From positions 2,250,001 through 2,282,000 of the forward strand of contig CP149973.1 of NCBI GenBank assembly GCA_029269845.2: a stretch of 32,000 nucleotides of DNA, written 5' to 3'. The first letter of the stretch is position 1. Every line of letters starts with the position of its first letter. Source of the stretch: Opitutia bacterium KCR 482 (GTDB lineage: Bacteria; Verrucomicrobiota; Verrucomicrobiia; Opitutales; Intestinicryptomonadaceae). Under the pieces are notes generated by a model. It made no database searches and was not told where the DNA came from. It was given only the letters and a program-made list of their open reading frames with translations. Positions 16,678 to 25,205 of this stretch are shown one piece after another. A program made the position numbers and the translations under genes.

Positions 16678-17097
16678 GTGGGAAAACGCTTCGACTTCTA
16701 CAAAGACCGCGTTGACTGCTTTGCGGGCATTCGCGAGCTTCTCGGCGAATTGAAGCTGCGCGGGTGCAGGGCGGGAATCGTAACGTCGAAGTCGCGCCGC
16801 GAGTATGACGACGACTTTCTTCCGCTCGGAATCGGCAGGCATTTCGGCGTGTCCGTTTGCGTCGGCGACACTCCCCGCCCGAAGCCCTTTCCCGACCCGC
16901 TCCTGACCTACTTGAAGCTAAGCGGCGCGTCGGCAGACGAAATCGCGTTCATCGGCGACACAAAATACGACGCCGCGTGCGCCCGTGTCGCGGGCGTGAA
17001 ATTCGCCCTCGCGGAGTGGGGTCGCCCTAACGCGGGTGAAATAGAGGCGGATTTCAGATTCAAACACCCGTCGGACGTTCTTTCGATAGCGCGTTAG
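16678..17097 (+). CDS. HAD-superfamily phosphatase (phosphoglycolate phosphatase/PpaX-like), N-terminally truncated; possible pseudogene
   Basis: 139 aa starting at GTG. It contains HAD motif II (IVTSKSR), the KP.PDP segment (PRPKPFPDPLL) and motif III/IV (FIGDTKYDAACARVAG). It has no motif I (DxDGT nucleophile) and lacks about 75 N-terminal residues. Only 26 nt separate it from the pyrophosphatase stop, and the upstream in-frame sequence translates to Arg-rich nonsense. Confidence 0.55.
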   Translation: MGKRFDFYKDRVDCFAGIRELLGELKLRGCRAGIVTSKSRREYDDDFLPLGIGRHFGVSVCVGDTPRPKPFPDPLLTYLKLSGASADEIAFIGDTKYDAACARVAGVKFALAEWGRPNAGEIEADFRFKHPSDVLSIAR

Positions 17098-17251
17098 CGT
17101 AGGCGGTCGGCGCGGAAAAACGCGCCCGCAAGGCTCTACGCGCATTCGCCGCGCGGCGTGCGGAAATTCTTTTGCGTTTGCCGTCGGCGCATTGCGCGTT
17201 TGTCTGCCGATATTTTGCGCGAGGGGCGCGGCGGAAAACGCGGGGCTGGCG

Positions 17252-17932
17252 TCAGTCGATATTGTCGGAGTTTAAAAAGTCCTCAACCAGCTTGGCGGGC
17301 GTCGTGCCGCGCTCTGCGGCGGCGCGTTCAAGCTCGGCGTGGTTTTTGAATTCGAGCGTCTCTACCCAAGCCGTCGAAAACGGTTTGGGGATTATGAATT
17401 TGTCCCACGCCTTCCCGATTCGCCAGCAGCGCGTCGGCGTGATTTTCAGCGCAAGAATGCGGGCACCGCTTTCCTTTGCCACAAGCAGAAAGCCCTCCTT
17501 TGCGCGGTTAGCGGGACCGCGCGGGCCGTCGGGCGTAATGAAAACGTCCGCGCCGTTTTTTACCGACTCCACAAGCTCCATCACTGCGTGCGCGCCGCGC
17601 CGCTTGTGCGAGCCCCGCACCGCGCCTATTTTCATCAGCCTGAAAAACGCGCAAAGGTACGCGCCGTCGCGGCTCGCGCTGACTAGCCCGTTCATGGGGA
17701 TTTTGTCGCGGTAGTAGTACTTGCACATCGACAGAAAGAAAATGCGGCTGTGCCACGCAACCCCTACGAGCTTTTCGGGCGCGGACATTTTCCGCGCGCC
17801 GTCGTCCGACGTTTCGAGCCTTACCGTAAATTGGAGCAACCTCACGAGCACGAAAAGCGGAAACACTGCGAGGTAGTGCCGCAGTGTCGGGTTGTATACG
17901 TCGGGATTTTTTTCTTTCATCGGATTTTCCAT
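17252..17932 (-). CDS. DUF374 / lysophospholipid-acyltransferase-like protein
   Basis: 226 aa with LVSASRDGAYL...GAVRGSHKRRGAHAV and ITPDGPRGP, the pattern I associate with DUF374 proteins that usually neighbour Kdo transferase genes. Alternative start at ATG 17920. Confidence 0.8.
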   Translation of the reverse strand: MENPMKEKNPDVYNPTLRHYLAVFPLFVLVRLLQFTVRLETSDDGARKMSAPEKLVGVAWHSRIFFLSMCKYYYRDKIPMNGLVSASRDGAYLCAFFRLMKIGAVRGSHKRRGAHAVMELVESVKNGADVFITPDGPRGPANRAKEGFLLVAKESGARILALKITPTRCWRIGKAWDKFIIPKPFSTAWVETLEFKNHAELERAAAERGTTPAKLVEDFLNSDNID

Positions 17933-18026
17933 TCAAGCGCGAATCGCCGTTTTTTCAACACAAAAGGCTTCGGGGCGGGCGGGTTTTTTCTTGCCCCGCG
18001 CGGGGAAATGTTTTGTGTTTTTTCGC

Positions 18027-19799
18027 ATGGACAATATCGACGGCTCTTCCCGCAAAAATTTTTTCAAAGACATCGTTCTTCTGGCGGCGGCGTTTTCCGC
18101 GCTCTACCTCGGTTTGGCGTTCATGCGTCCGCTTGCAAGCCCCGACGAGGGCAGGTACAGCGAAATTCCGCTCGAAATGGTGCGCAACGGCGACTACGTT
18201 TCGCCGCGCCTCAACGACATGGTTTATTTCTACAAGCCGCCGCTTTTCTACTGGCTTCAAGCGGCGTCGATTAAGGCGTTCGGCGTGAACCGGGTGTCGC
18301 TCCGCGCCCCCAACTCGCTCGTGGCGGTTTTGGGGATTCTGGCTACATACTGCGCCGCCCGCGCCCTCTACGGACGCCGTGCGGGCGTGTTTTCGGCGAT
18401 TGTCGCGGGAACGAGCGTGCTCTATTTTGCGCTTGGCGAAATCATCACGCTCGACATGGCGGTTTCGGTGTTCATCTCCGCCGCGATGTTTTCATTCATA
18501 GTCGCATTGAAGCGTTCGGGCGTGTGGCGCGGCGTTCTGATTCTTTCGTTCTTTGCGATGTGCGCCCTTGCCGTCATGACGAAGGGGCTTATCGGCGTGC
18601 TGATTCCCTGCGGAGCGATTTCCCTCTACGCGCTCGCGCTGGGAGTGCTTCCGTTCTTCAAAATGCTGAAAGTATCCGACATTTGGTGGTGCTTGGCGGG
18701 CGCGGTCCTGTTTTCGGCGATTGCCGTTCCGTGGCACGTGTTGGCGGCTCTCGCAAACCCGCCCTTCGAAACCGCCGAGGGTATTTTCTCGAAAAATTGG
18801 GAGGGGCAGGGCTTTTTCTGGTACTACATAATCCATGAGCATTTTCTGCGCTATCTCGATCCCGCAACGAGCATGCGGGCAGCTCCCTGGTGGCTGTTTT
18901 TTGTGCTCGCGCCCGTGGGGCTTATTCCGTGGGTAGTGCTACTGCCGCAGGCGGTTCGTGATGCGCTCAAAGGCGGCTACGGAAAACTGCGCCGCGAAAA
19001 TCCCGAAATGATTTTCTTTGCGATGTGGATATTTTTCGTCGTCGCGTTTTTCTCCACTTCAAGCTCGAAACTGCCCGCGTACATCGTCCCGATTTACCCC
19101 GCTTTCGGCGTGATAATCGGCGTGTGGCTGGCGAAGGTTTGGGGAAATCCGAAGGCGTATTCGACGAAAGCCGTAAAGATAATCTACGTCTGCCTCGGCT
19201 ACGTCGCGGCGGTAGCTCCCATTGTCGCGTACTTCGTGCTCGAACACAAGGGCAAGCTTATGGAACGCGCCCCCGACATGCTTGCGGTAGCCGTTTTGAT
19301 GGCGGCAGTGCTTGCCGCATGCACGACTTTCGTTTTGTCGAAAATCCGCCGCGAACGCGCGTTCTGGGCGTCGATGATTGCAACAGTATTCGTTTTGCTT
19401 TTCTTCTTCAACCCGCTCGGAACGTTTTTGCAGCGCGAGAGCGCGCAGTCGCTCGTCGAAAAAATCGCCGACATTCGCCGCCCCGACGACACCTACGTCA
19501 TAGCCTACCACTACAACGAATTTCAGGACTTCCCCGTGTGGCTGGGGCAGACCGTGTACCTAATCGGCACTCCGCCCGAAGAGCAGAAATTCGGCTTCAT
19601 GCGCGAGCGCGAAAAGAACCGCCCGCGCTTCATAACCGACGCTTCGCAGCTTGCGTCGCTTCTTGCGAAAACATCGGGCAACATGTATATTGCGGGCATG
19701 GCGCGGGACTTCGACAAAATACGCTCCGAAATGCGCGTCGAGCTTGAGGAGCTTGCGCGGGCGCGGAACATGGCACTGTACAGGGTGGTTAGAAAATAA
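18027..19799 (+). CDS. GT-C fold glycosyltransferase family 39 (ArnT / PMT-like) membrane protein
   Basis: The track ORF begins at 17892. The plausible start is MDNIDG at 18027. The first periplasmic loop has RPLASPDEGRYSEIPLEMV and YFYKPPLFYW, as in ArnT-type transferases. More than 10 hydrophobic segments are followed by a soluble C-terminal domain. Confidence 0.85.
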   Translation: MDNIDGSSRKNFFKDIVLLAAAFSALYLGLAFMRPLASPDEGRYSEIPLEMVRNGDYVSPRLNDMVYFYKPPLFYWLQAASIKAFGVNRVSLRAPNSLVAVLGILATYCAARALYGRRAGVFSAIVAGTSVLYFALGEIITLDMAVSVFISAAMFSFIVALKRSGVWRGVLILSFFAMCALAVMTKGLIGVLIPCGAISLYALALGVLPFFKMLKVSDIWWCLAGAVLFSAIAVPWHVLAALANPPFETAEGIFSKNWEGQGFFWYYIIHEHFLRYLDPATSMRAAPWWLFFVLAPVGLIPWVVLLPQAVRDALKGGYGKLRRENPEMIFFAMWIFFVVAFFSTSSSKLPAYIVPIYPAFGVIIGVWLAKVWGNPKAYSTKAVKIIYVCLGYVAAVAPIVAYFVLEHKGKLMERAPDMLAVAVLMAAVLAACTTFVLSKIRRERAFWASMIATVFVLLFFFNPLGTFLQRESAQSLVEKIADIRRPDDTYVIAYHYNEFQDFPVWLGQTVYLIGTPPEEQKFGFMREREKNRPRFITDASQLASLLAKTSGNMYIAGMARDFDKIRSEMRVELEELARARNMALYRVVRK

Positions 19800-20518
19800 T
19801 GGATAAGGTCAAAAAAAAGGAAAACGTGTGGCTGAACCTCGGCTTTAACATCGCCGCGCCGAGCGTTCTGCTGATTAAGGGCAAGGCGATTTTCGGGCTG
19901 TTCGGGCTGACTCCGCCCGACAACGCCGACGTGTTGATTTTCGTCCTCGCGCTGGCGTTCCCTCTCGCGTACGGAATTTGGGATTTAATCCGCCGCCGCA
20001 AGTGGAACGTGTTTTCGATTATAGGCATGGCGAGCGTTGTGCTCACGGGCGGAATAGGGCTGCTGAAACTTTCGCGCGAGTGCATGATTTTAAAGGAAAC
20101 CGCCGTCCCCCTCGCGATAGGCGTGGCGGTATTGGCGACGGCGTTTTCGAAAAAGCCGCTCGCGAAAATGATTATGCTAAACGATTCCGTCGTGGACGTG
20201 GCGAAAATCGACGCGGCGGTCGAGGCGTCGGGCATGCGCGGAAAGTACGAGGCGTCTCTGCGCACTGCGACATTCCGCGTGGCGGCGTCTTTCCTGCTGA
20301 GCGCGGCGTTGAACTTCGCGCTGGCGTCGCTGATTTTCAAAAGCCCCCCGGGAACGGAGGAGTTCAACGCGGAGGTCGGCAGAATGACGGCGTTGTCGTT
20401 TCCAGTAATCGCGCTGCCTACGATGGTCGTGTTCGTCTGGGCTATGTGCAAATTCTTCTCGGCGTTGACCGAATGCACTGGGCTGAAACTTGAAGACGTG
20501 GTGGCGAAGGATTCTTGA
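19799..20518 (+). CDS. 6-TM inner-membrane protein, unknown function (resembles what I recall as the VC0807 family)
   Basis: 239 aa. Its ATG shares one base with the GT39 stop (TAATG 19797-19801). Motifs recalled from memory: FNIAAPSVLLIK, LALAFPLAYGIWDLIRRRKWNVFSIIG and LTGGIGLLKL. The family name is unverified. Confidence 0.75.
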   Translation: MDKVKKKENVWLNLGFNIAAPSVLLIKGKAIFGLFGLTPPDNADVLIFVLALAFPLAYGIWDLIRRRKWNVFSIIGMASVVLTGGIGLLKLSRECMILKETAVPLAIGVAVLATAFSKKPLAKMIMLNDSVVDVAKIDAAVEASGMRGKYEASLRTATFRVAASFLLSAALNFALASLIFKSPPGTEEFNAEVGRMTALSFPVIALPTMVVFVWAMCKFFSALTECTGLKLEDVVAKDS

Positions 20519-20520
20519 AA

Positions 20521-21384
20521 ATGCTCCGCCGCGCGTTTCTTTTCACCGCCGCCGCGTTCTGCGCGTGCTCGGCGTGCCTCGGGTACGCCGTGAGGGACGC
20601 AAGGGGAGTCGAGTTCGAATTCTCCGGCCCGCCCCGCGCGGCGACTATTGTTCCCGCAATAACGCAAAACATTTTCGCGGCGGGCGCGGGCAAATACCTT
20701 GTCGCAAACTCGCGCTACTGCGACTATCCCGAAGAGGCAAAGGGCAAAATAAAACTCGGCGGGTATATCGACCCCGACTACGAGAAAATCCTGAGCGTAA
20801 AGCCCGAAATTTTCTTGCTCCCCACGACCGCCGATTCGCGCGTGGAGCGCAGGCTCTCTAAGCTCGGCATAAAATGCTTCGTTCTGAACGGCGAGGGGCT
20901 GGAAAACATTTCCGCCGATCTCCGTTTGCTCGGCAGGCTTTTCGGGACATCGGAGACCGCGGAGAAAGTGGCCGACTCTTTCGACATGCTGTTGAAGTCG
21001 GGCTCTCCCGCGGGGAGGGGGCGTCGCGCGATGTTCATGTTCGACAAAATGGCGGCGGGCAAAGGCTCGTTCGCCGGCGGGCTGCTTGCCGCCTGCGGGC
21101 TTGAAAACTGCGCCGACAAAACGGGGCGTCCGTGGGCGGAGGTCGGGCGCGAATTCGTGCTGGCGGCGCGCCCCGATATTCTGTTTGTCGAATGCGGCGG
21201 CGAAGACTCCCGCGCGGGGCTCGAAAAATTCTACAAGACCGACCCCGTGTGGCGCACGACTCCCGCCGTCAAAAACGGCATGCTCTGCTTTGTGCCGAGT
21301 TCGAGCGTGCTTGTACCGTCGGTTCGACTTGCCGAAGCGCTGCGCATAATGAGGGCGTTTTGCGCGGCAACCGCCGAAAAGTAG
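20521..21384 (+). CDS. periplasmic binding protein, BtuF/FhuD-type (cobalamin or iron-chelate ABC substrate-binding fold)
   Basis: The track ORF starts at TTG 20515. ATG 20521 lies 2 nt after the previous stop. It has a signal/lipoprotein-like N-terminus (MLRRAFLFTAAAFCACSAC). Motifs: IVPAITQNIFAAGAG.YLVANSRYCDYP, DYEKILSVKPEIFLL and ARPDILFV. Confidence 0.82.
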   Translation: MLRRAFLFTAAAFCACSACLGYAVRDARGVEFEFSGPPRAATIVPAITQNIFAAGAGKYLVANSRYCDYPEEAKGKIKLGGYIDPDYEKILSVKPEIFLLPTTADSRVERRLSKLGIKCFVLNGEGLENISADLRLLGRLFGTSETAEKVADSFDMLLKSGSPAGRGRRAMFMFDKMAAGKGSFAGGLLAACGLENCADKTGRPWAEVGREFVLAARPDILFVECGGEDSRAGLEKFYKTDPVWRTTPAVKNGMLCFVPSSSVLVPSVRLAEALRIMRAFCAATAEK

Positions 21385-21446
21385 TGTTGACATTCCCGCG
21401 CCCGAAGCTTTTTTTGTTCGCATAGAACCCAAACGTTTTTACTGAT

Positions 21447-22178
21447 ATGAAAAAATTGATTTCGGCAATTCTCGTTGCGGCGTCCGCCGCGCTTCTGTTC
21501 AACCCCGCGGCTTTTGCCGCGCCCGACGCGAAATCCGGAGCTGCCGCAAAAGCGGCTCTGAAACAGCGTTTCAAGGACAACGTGGGAACTTCGCCCAACG
21601 GCGACGTCTATTTGAAATCATTTCCCGACGCCGATTTCTCGAAGCTTAAAAACACCGAGCTTGTGGGTTCGGCTCTGCTCGTCTTCCTTTCCTATGTTGA
21701 CCCCGACTTGGACTTCGCCGCGCTCGACAAGGCGATTTTGCGCGAAACCGGCGGCAAAAAAGGCTCTGTTCCGATTAAAAACATCATGGCGGGAATCGGA
21801 AAATACCTCGGAAGATACAACATGCAGTTGCAGAAAATCGCCGTCAGCGGTTCTTCCGTAAACTCGAAAATCGACGACGGCGCGCCCGTCATCGTGTGGC
21901 TTAAAATGGAACCCGGCGACAATATCTACGACAAGATTTTCCTGCCGCGCTCCGCAAAGCGCGCAAACTTTTCCGATATCGACGAGTGGGGCAGGGAGCT
22001 TCGCAAGTCGGAGTTGAAAAAGTTCCCGCAGGGGCGGATTTTCGGGCGCGCGCTCATCGGCGGCTACAACAAAAAGAGCGGCGAATATCTCGTTTTCGGC
22101 ATTTCAAAAAAGCCGATTTGGCTTACCGAAAAAGAGGTTCGCGGGCTTATGCTCGAAGCCTACCAGTTGCGCTATTGA
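21447..22178 (+). CDS. secreted protein of unknown function
   Basis: 243 aa with a clear signal peptide (MKKLISAILVAASAALLFNPAAFA/AP). The mature part has coding-like composition and no cysteines. A strong terminator follows. Confidence 0.7.
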   Translation: MKKLISAILVAASAALLFNPAAFAAPDAKSGAAAKAALKQRFKDNVGTSPNGDVYLKSFPDADFSKLKNTELVGSALLVFLSYVDPDLDFAALDKAILRETGGKKGSVPIKNIMAGIGKYLGRYNMQLQKIAVSGSSVNSKIDDGAPVIVWLKMEPGDNIYDKIFLPRSAKRANFSDIDEWGRELRKSELKKFPQGRIFGRALIGGYNKKSGEYLVFGISKKPIWLTEKEVRGLMLEAYQLRY

Positions 22179-22193
22179 TTGCGCGGCGGGCGT

Positions 22194-22227
22194 AAAAAAA
22201 CGGACGCTTTGCGGCGTCCGTTTTTTT
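22194..22227. terminator. bidirectional rho-independent terminator
   Basis: A7 (22194-22200), stem CGGACGC (22201-22207) / GCGTCCG (22214-22220), 6-nt loop, T7 (22221-22227). Lies between the convergent genes ending at 22178 (+) and 22264 (-). Confidence 0.8.
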
Positions 22228-22263
22228 GTTTGTGCGTTCGCGCGTGTGGGGCGCGGGGCGTTT

Positions 22264-25080
22264 TTATTCGGCTACGATTTCGAAGAACGTAGACGGATTT
22301 TTCGAGTTGTCGATGTTTATCGAAAGCTCGCCGTCCGCGTTTGCAAGCGGGATTTCCGCCCTGCGTTCGCCGTTGTATTTCAGCTCGTACATCTTGTATT
22401 TTGCGTCGGCGGGCACTCTGAGCTTTGCCGACATCTTGCCGCGCCTAATCAGGATTTTCGAGTTCGGCGAGGGGTTTTTGAGCAGCACCGTGCGGTAGAC
22501 GTCGAGGTTTATGTCGGCGTTGATGTTGTCGGTGTTGTAGATGAAGACTATGCGCTTGCTTTCGGAAAGCGGCGAGCCGTCCATCGAGCATGCCGCGACC
22601 GCGCACGGAACGGTGGACGAAATTTCCGTCAGGGCGTCGAGATTTTCGACGCCTTTCTTGAATGCCACCGCCTCCGTCTTCGGCGTGATTGCGGAGATGC
22701 TCTCCTTTTTCGCGTCGAGGAGAATCTGGTTCGTGTCGGAGTGGTACACGCCCGCCGCCGGCGACGTGCAGTTGTTTTCGTCGAGGATTCCGTTTTTGCG
22801 CATTTGCATAACGAACGCCTCTTCGTCGAATTTTTCGCCGATGCTCGCGCCCGTCGACGAGAAGTTTTGCGCCGAGCTTGTCAGCGACGCCCCCACGGGA
22901 AGCATTGTCATGTCGGGCTTTTTTATTTTTATGTGCGCGAGTTTTTCGGGAATCCGCGCCCCCTCGAATTTCACCGAGAAGCCGCTAAGCAGCGCAATGC
23001 GCGTCTGCGCCCCGTTTGCCGAGCGCGACATGTTTGCGTTGTTTTCAACGTAGTTTTTCGGGAAGAAAAGCTCGACACGGTGTTTCGATTTCTTTGCGTC
23101 GCCGCGCATGAACAGGCAGTATGTCAGAAATTCGTTCGCCCTGAACACGGGCGATTTCGACACGCTGAAAGGCCCGAGCACGTTGCCTTTTTTCGCTCCC
23201 GTTCTCACGCCGTCGCAGTGGACAATCATTCCGTCGAAATCCTGCAATGCCGCGTACGCGCCGAAGACAAGTCCGCCCTCGTGCTTGTATTGGTTCCAGT
23301 GGCAGTGGTTGTATTCGGTAAGGCAAATCGGGCGGCCAGAGATTTTCCGCGCAACGCCCGCGCGCATTGTGTTTGCGAAGCCCGACGCCTCGCTCAGCGA
23401 GCTTTCCTGCCCGACGTGCGAGTTAATCTGCGTGAAGTCCGACGGGTGCTTGAAGTAGACGTTGAGCGTGGAATAGTCGGCGATTTCGGAGCTCATATAC
23501 GCCATGTTTAGCGTGCGGTTGCAGTTGTACTGGTAAATCAGACCGTCGTATCCGATGTCGTTTTTTACCACTTTTTCGCAGAATTTGCGGAACTCGTCGT
23601 TTTTGATTTTGCAGAAATTGACCCATTCGGAGGTTTCGGACTCGTTGGCGAAGTCGATTTCGCCGAACTTTTTGTAGTCCTTTCTTGCGAATTTGCCCGT
23701 CGCGTTCATGTTTTCGACTGTGCCGTATTTTGCCTCGGCGTACTTTGCGAACTCCGAATTCGCAAGGGCTACGGTTTCGGCGTCGAGCAGGCGGAAGACG
23801 TAGAGGAGGTCCATTTCGTTCCAGAATTCCATGCCCATGAAAACGGGGTCTTCCTTCCACGCAAGCCCCGTATAGGGGTTGATGTGCTCGAGCTGTTTGC
23901 GTGCGTGCGCCTCCCAGTCTTTGCGGGTTTTTTCGTCGCCCATGAGCATTTTCATTTTTGTTGAAAACCTCGCGTCCCAGCTTTTTTTAGACTCGTCGAA
24001 CACGTTGTTGCCGATGAGCAGGTTCAGGTATATGCCGTTCTTTTTCGCCTCGGAGATGAGGTAGTCGTAGAGGTCGAAGCCCTCGGCGAGCTTGGCGGGG
24101 TCGGTCGAGCAGAGGAAGTCGGACGTGTGGAAGCGCAGCAGGTTGTAGCCTTGGCGTTTCGCTATTTGGCAGAGCTTTTTGAGGTTTTCCTTTGTCTCCC
24201 GAACGTCTTTGCCGCGCTCGCCCGCCAAGTACCATACCGTTCCGTGGAATTTAAGCTTTGCTTTCGGCCTCTTTTCGAACGCAAATTTGCCGCGCTTCGA
24301 GACAATCACCCTGCCGAATTTTCCGGCGGGGGCGCTGTCGAAATTCTTGGAGAGGTCGAGCGCGCTGCCTTTGGCGATTGCGATGTCGGATATGTCGGTT
24401 TCGACCCATTCCGCGGAGGAGGGCACGAATTTGGGGTAGTTTTTCGAAACCGAGATTCCCGCCACGACCCACGTCGCGATGCCGCACGTTGAGAGTTTCA
24501 GCGACTTAATCCGCTTCGGCTCTATTCTGATTCGGCTGAAATAGTATGCGGGCGCGGAGGCGTCGGAGGGACGCCAGACTTTTGCGTTCGCTCTATCCTT
24601 CGGTTGCAGGGCGTTCATTACGTCGATTGCGTATTCGAGCAGGATTTCCTTTTTTTTGCCGTCGGCGTATGTTATTTCGATTTTTCCGATTCGCGTGTAG
24701 CGCACGTCGGGCGACTTTGTGCTGGTGTGCAGCAGGTTCAGCGACTCGCCCGCAACGTTCTGCCCGTCCAAGTCGAGCACGACTTCCCTCAGCCCCGTTT
24801 TCGACTTTTCGCATTCGAAAGTCAGCACCGCCTTGCCGTTGTTGTTTTCTGGGCGGATAAGGTCGAACTTTTCTCCGTAGACCGTGTTTATTCCGTCCTT
24901 GTAGGCGGGCGAGAGGTTCACGCCGTCGTCGGTGAAGCCGCCCCTGCCGTCGCCCTTGATTCCGTTGTCGGTCAGCCCGAAATTGACTGCGTTCCTGATT
25001 GATATTGTCTGCGCGTGCGCCGTCGAAATGCCCGAAAGCATGGCTGCGGCGGCAGTCCAAATAAGGATTTTTTTTGTCAT
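22264..25080 (-). CDS. secreted clan GH-A (GH5-like TIM-barrel) glycoside hydrolase with N-terminal accessory domain
   Basis: The track ORF runs to 25362. The real start is MTKKILIWTAAAAMLSGISTAHAQ (signal peptide) at 25080. The central region RQGYNLLRFHT...GMEFWNEMD (acid/base NE) and ICLTEYNHC (nucleophile E) fits a (beta/alpha)8 retaining glycosidase. The exact family is uncertain. Confidence 0.85.
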   Translation of the reverse strand: MTKKILIWTAAAAMLSGISTAHAQTISIRNAVNFGLTDNGIKGDGRGGFTDDGVNLSPAYKDGINTVYGEKFDLIRPENNNGKAVLTFECEKSKTGLREVVLDLDGQNVAGESLNLLHTSTKSPDVRYTRIGKIEITYADGKKKEILLEYAIDVMNALQPKDRANAKVWRPSDASAPAYYFSRIRIEPKRIKSLKLSTCGIATWVVAGISVSKNYPKFVPSSAEWVETDISDIAIAKGSALDLSKNFDSAPAGKFGRVIVSKRGKFAFEKRPKAKLKFHGTVWYLAGERGKDVRETKENLKKLCQIAKRQGYNLLRFHTSDFLCSTDPAKLAEGFDLYDYLISEAKKNGIYLNLLIGNNVFDESKKSWDARFSTKMKMLMGDEKTRKDWEAHARKQLEHINPYTGLAWKEDPVFMGMEFWNEMDLLYVFRLLDAETVALANSEFAKYAEAKYGTVENMNATGKFARKDYKKFGEIDFANESETSEWVNFCKIKNDEFRKFCEKVVKNDIGYDGLIYQYNCNRTLNMAYMSSEIADYSTLNVYFKHPSDFTQINSHVGQESSLSEASGFANTMRAGVARKISGRPICLTEYNHCHWNQYKHEGGLVFGAYAALQDFDGMIVHCDGVRTGAKKGNVLGPFSVSKSPVFRANEFLTYCLFMRGDAKKSKHRVELFFPKNYVENNANMSRSANGAQTRIALLSGFSVKFEGARIPEKLAHIKIKKPDMTMLPVGASLTSSAQNFSSTGASIGEKFDEEAFVMQMRKNGILDENNCTSPAAGVYHSDTNQILLDAKKESISAITPKTEAVAFKKGVENLDALTEISSTVPCAVAACSMDGSPLSESKRIVFIYNTDNINADINLDVYRTVLLKNPSPNSKILIRRGKMSAKLRVPADAKYKMYELKYNGERRAEIPLANADGELSINIDNSKNPSTFFEIVAE

Positions 25081-25205
25081 GTGCAAGTTGTTTCTCTGTT
25101 GAATTCGGAGCGGTGTTTGTAGGCGTTGAAAAGCTTTGCAAAAACCGGCGTCCGTGTCGATATATTTTTGCGGTTTAGAAAGTTGTTTTTTTGCGCAAAG
25201 CTGCG

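Noticed and set aside
17098-17251. 154-bp convergent spacer between the HAD fragment and DUF374, screened for terminators, tRNA or a small ORF
   Set aside because: It contains only short GC hairpins without U-tracts (for example GGCGCG-GAAAAA-CGCGCC at 17109-17126). It has no T-loop or anticodon-arm features and no credible ORF.
17971-18005. G-run cluster (GGGG-C-GGG-C-GGG ... GGGG) and the CCCCGCGCGGGG palindrome in the DUF374/GT39 divergent spacer as a G-quadruplex or attenuator
   Set aside because: The fourth G-run is 18 nt away. The competing hairpins are only 4-6 bp. Such patterns are expected by chance in GC-rich intergenic DNA.
20440-20521. Cobalamin riboswitch upstream of the BtuF-like gene
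   Set aside because: There is no leader. The gene starts 2 nt after the preceding stop codon, which leaves no room for a roughly 200-nt riboswitch.
19789-21432. 547-aa minus-strand ORF antisense to the 6TM protein and the binding protein
   Set aside because: It spans two well-supported plus-strand genes and the junction between them. Its composition shifts from Arg-rich to Ser/Thr/Ala-rich in step with the sense genes, as expected for an antisense artefact.
22246-23511. 421-aa plus-strand ORF antisense to the GH-A hydrolase
   Set aside because: It is an Arg/Val-rich shadow ORF. The minus strand has catalytic NE/TE motifs and a signal peptide.
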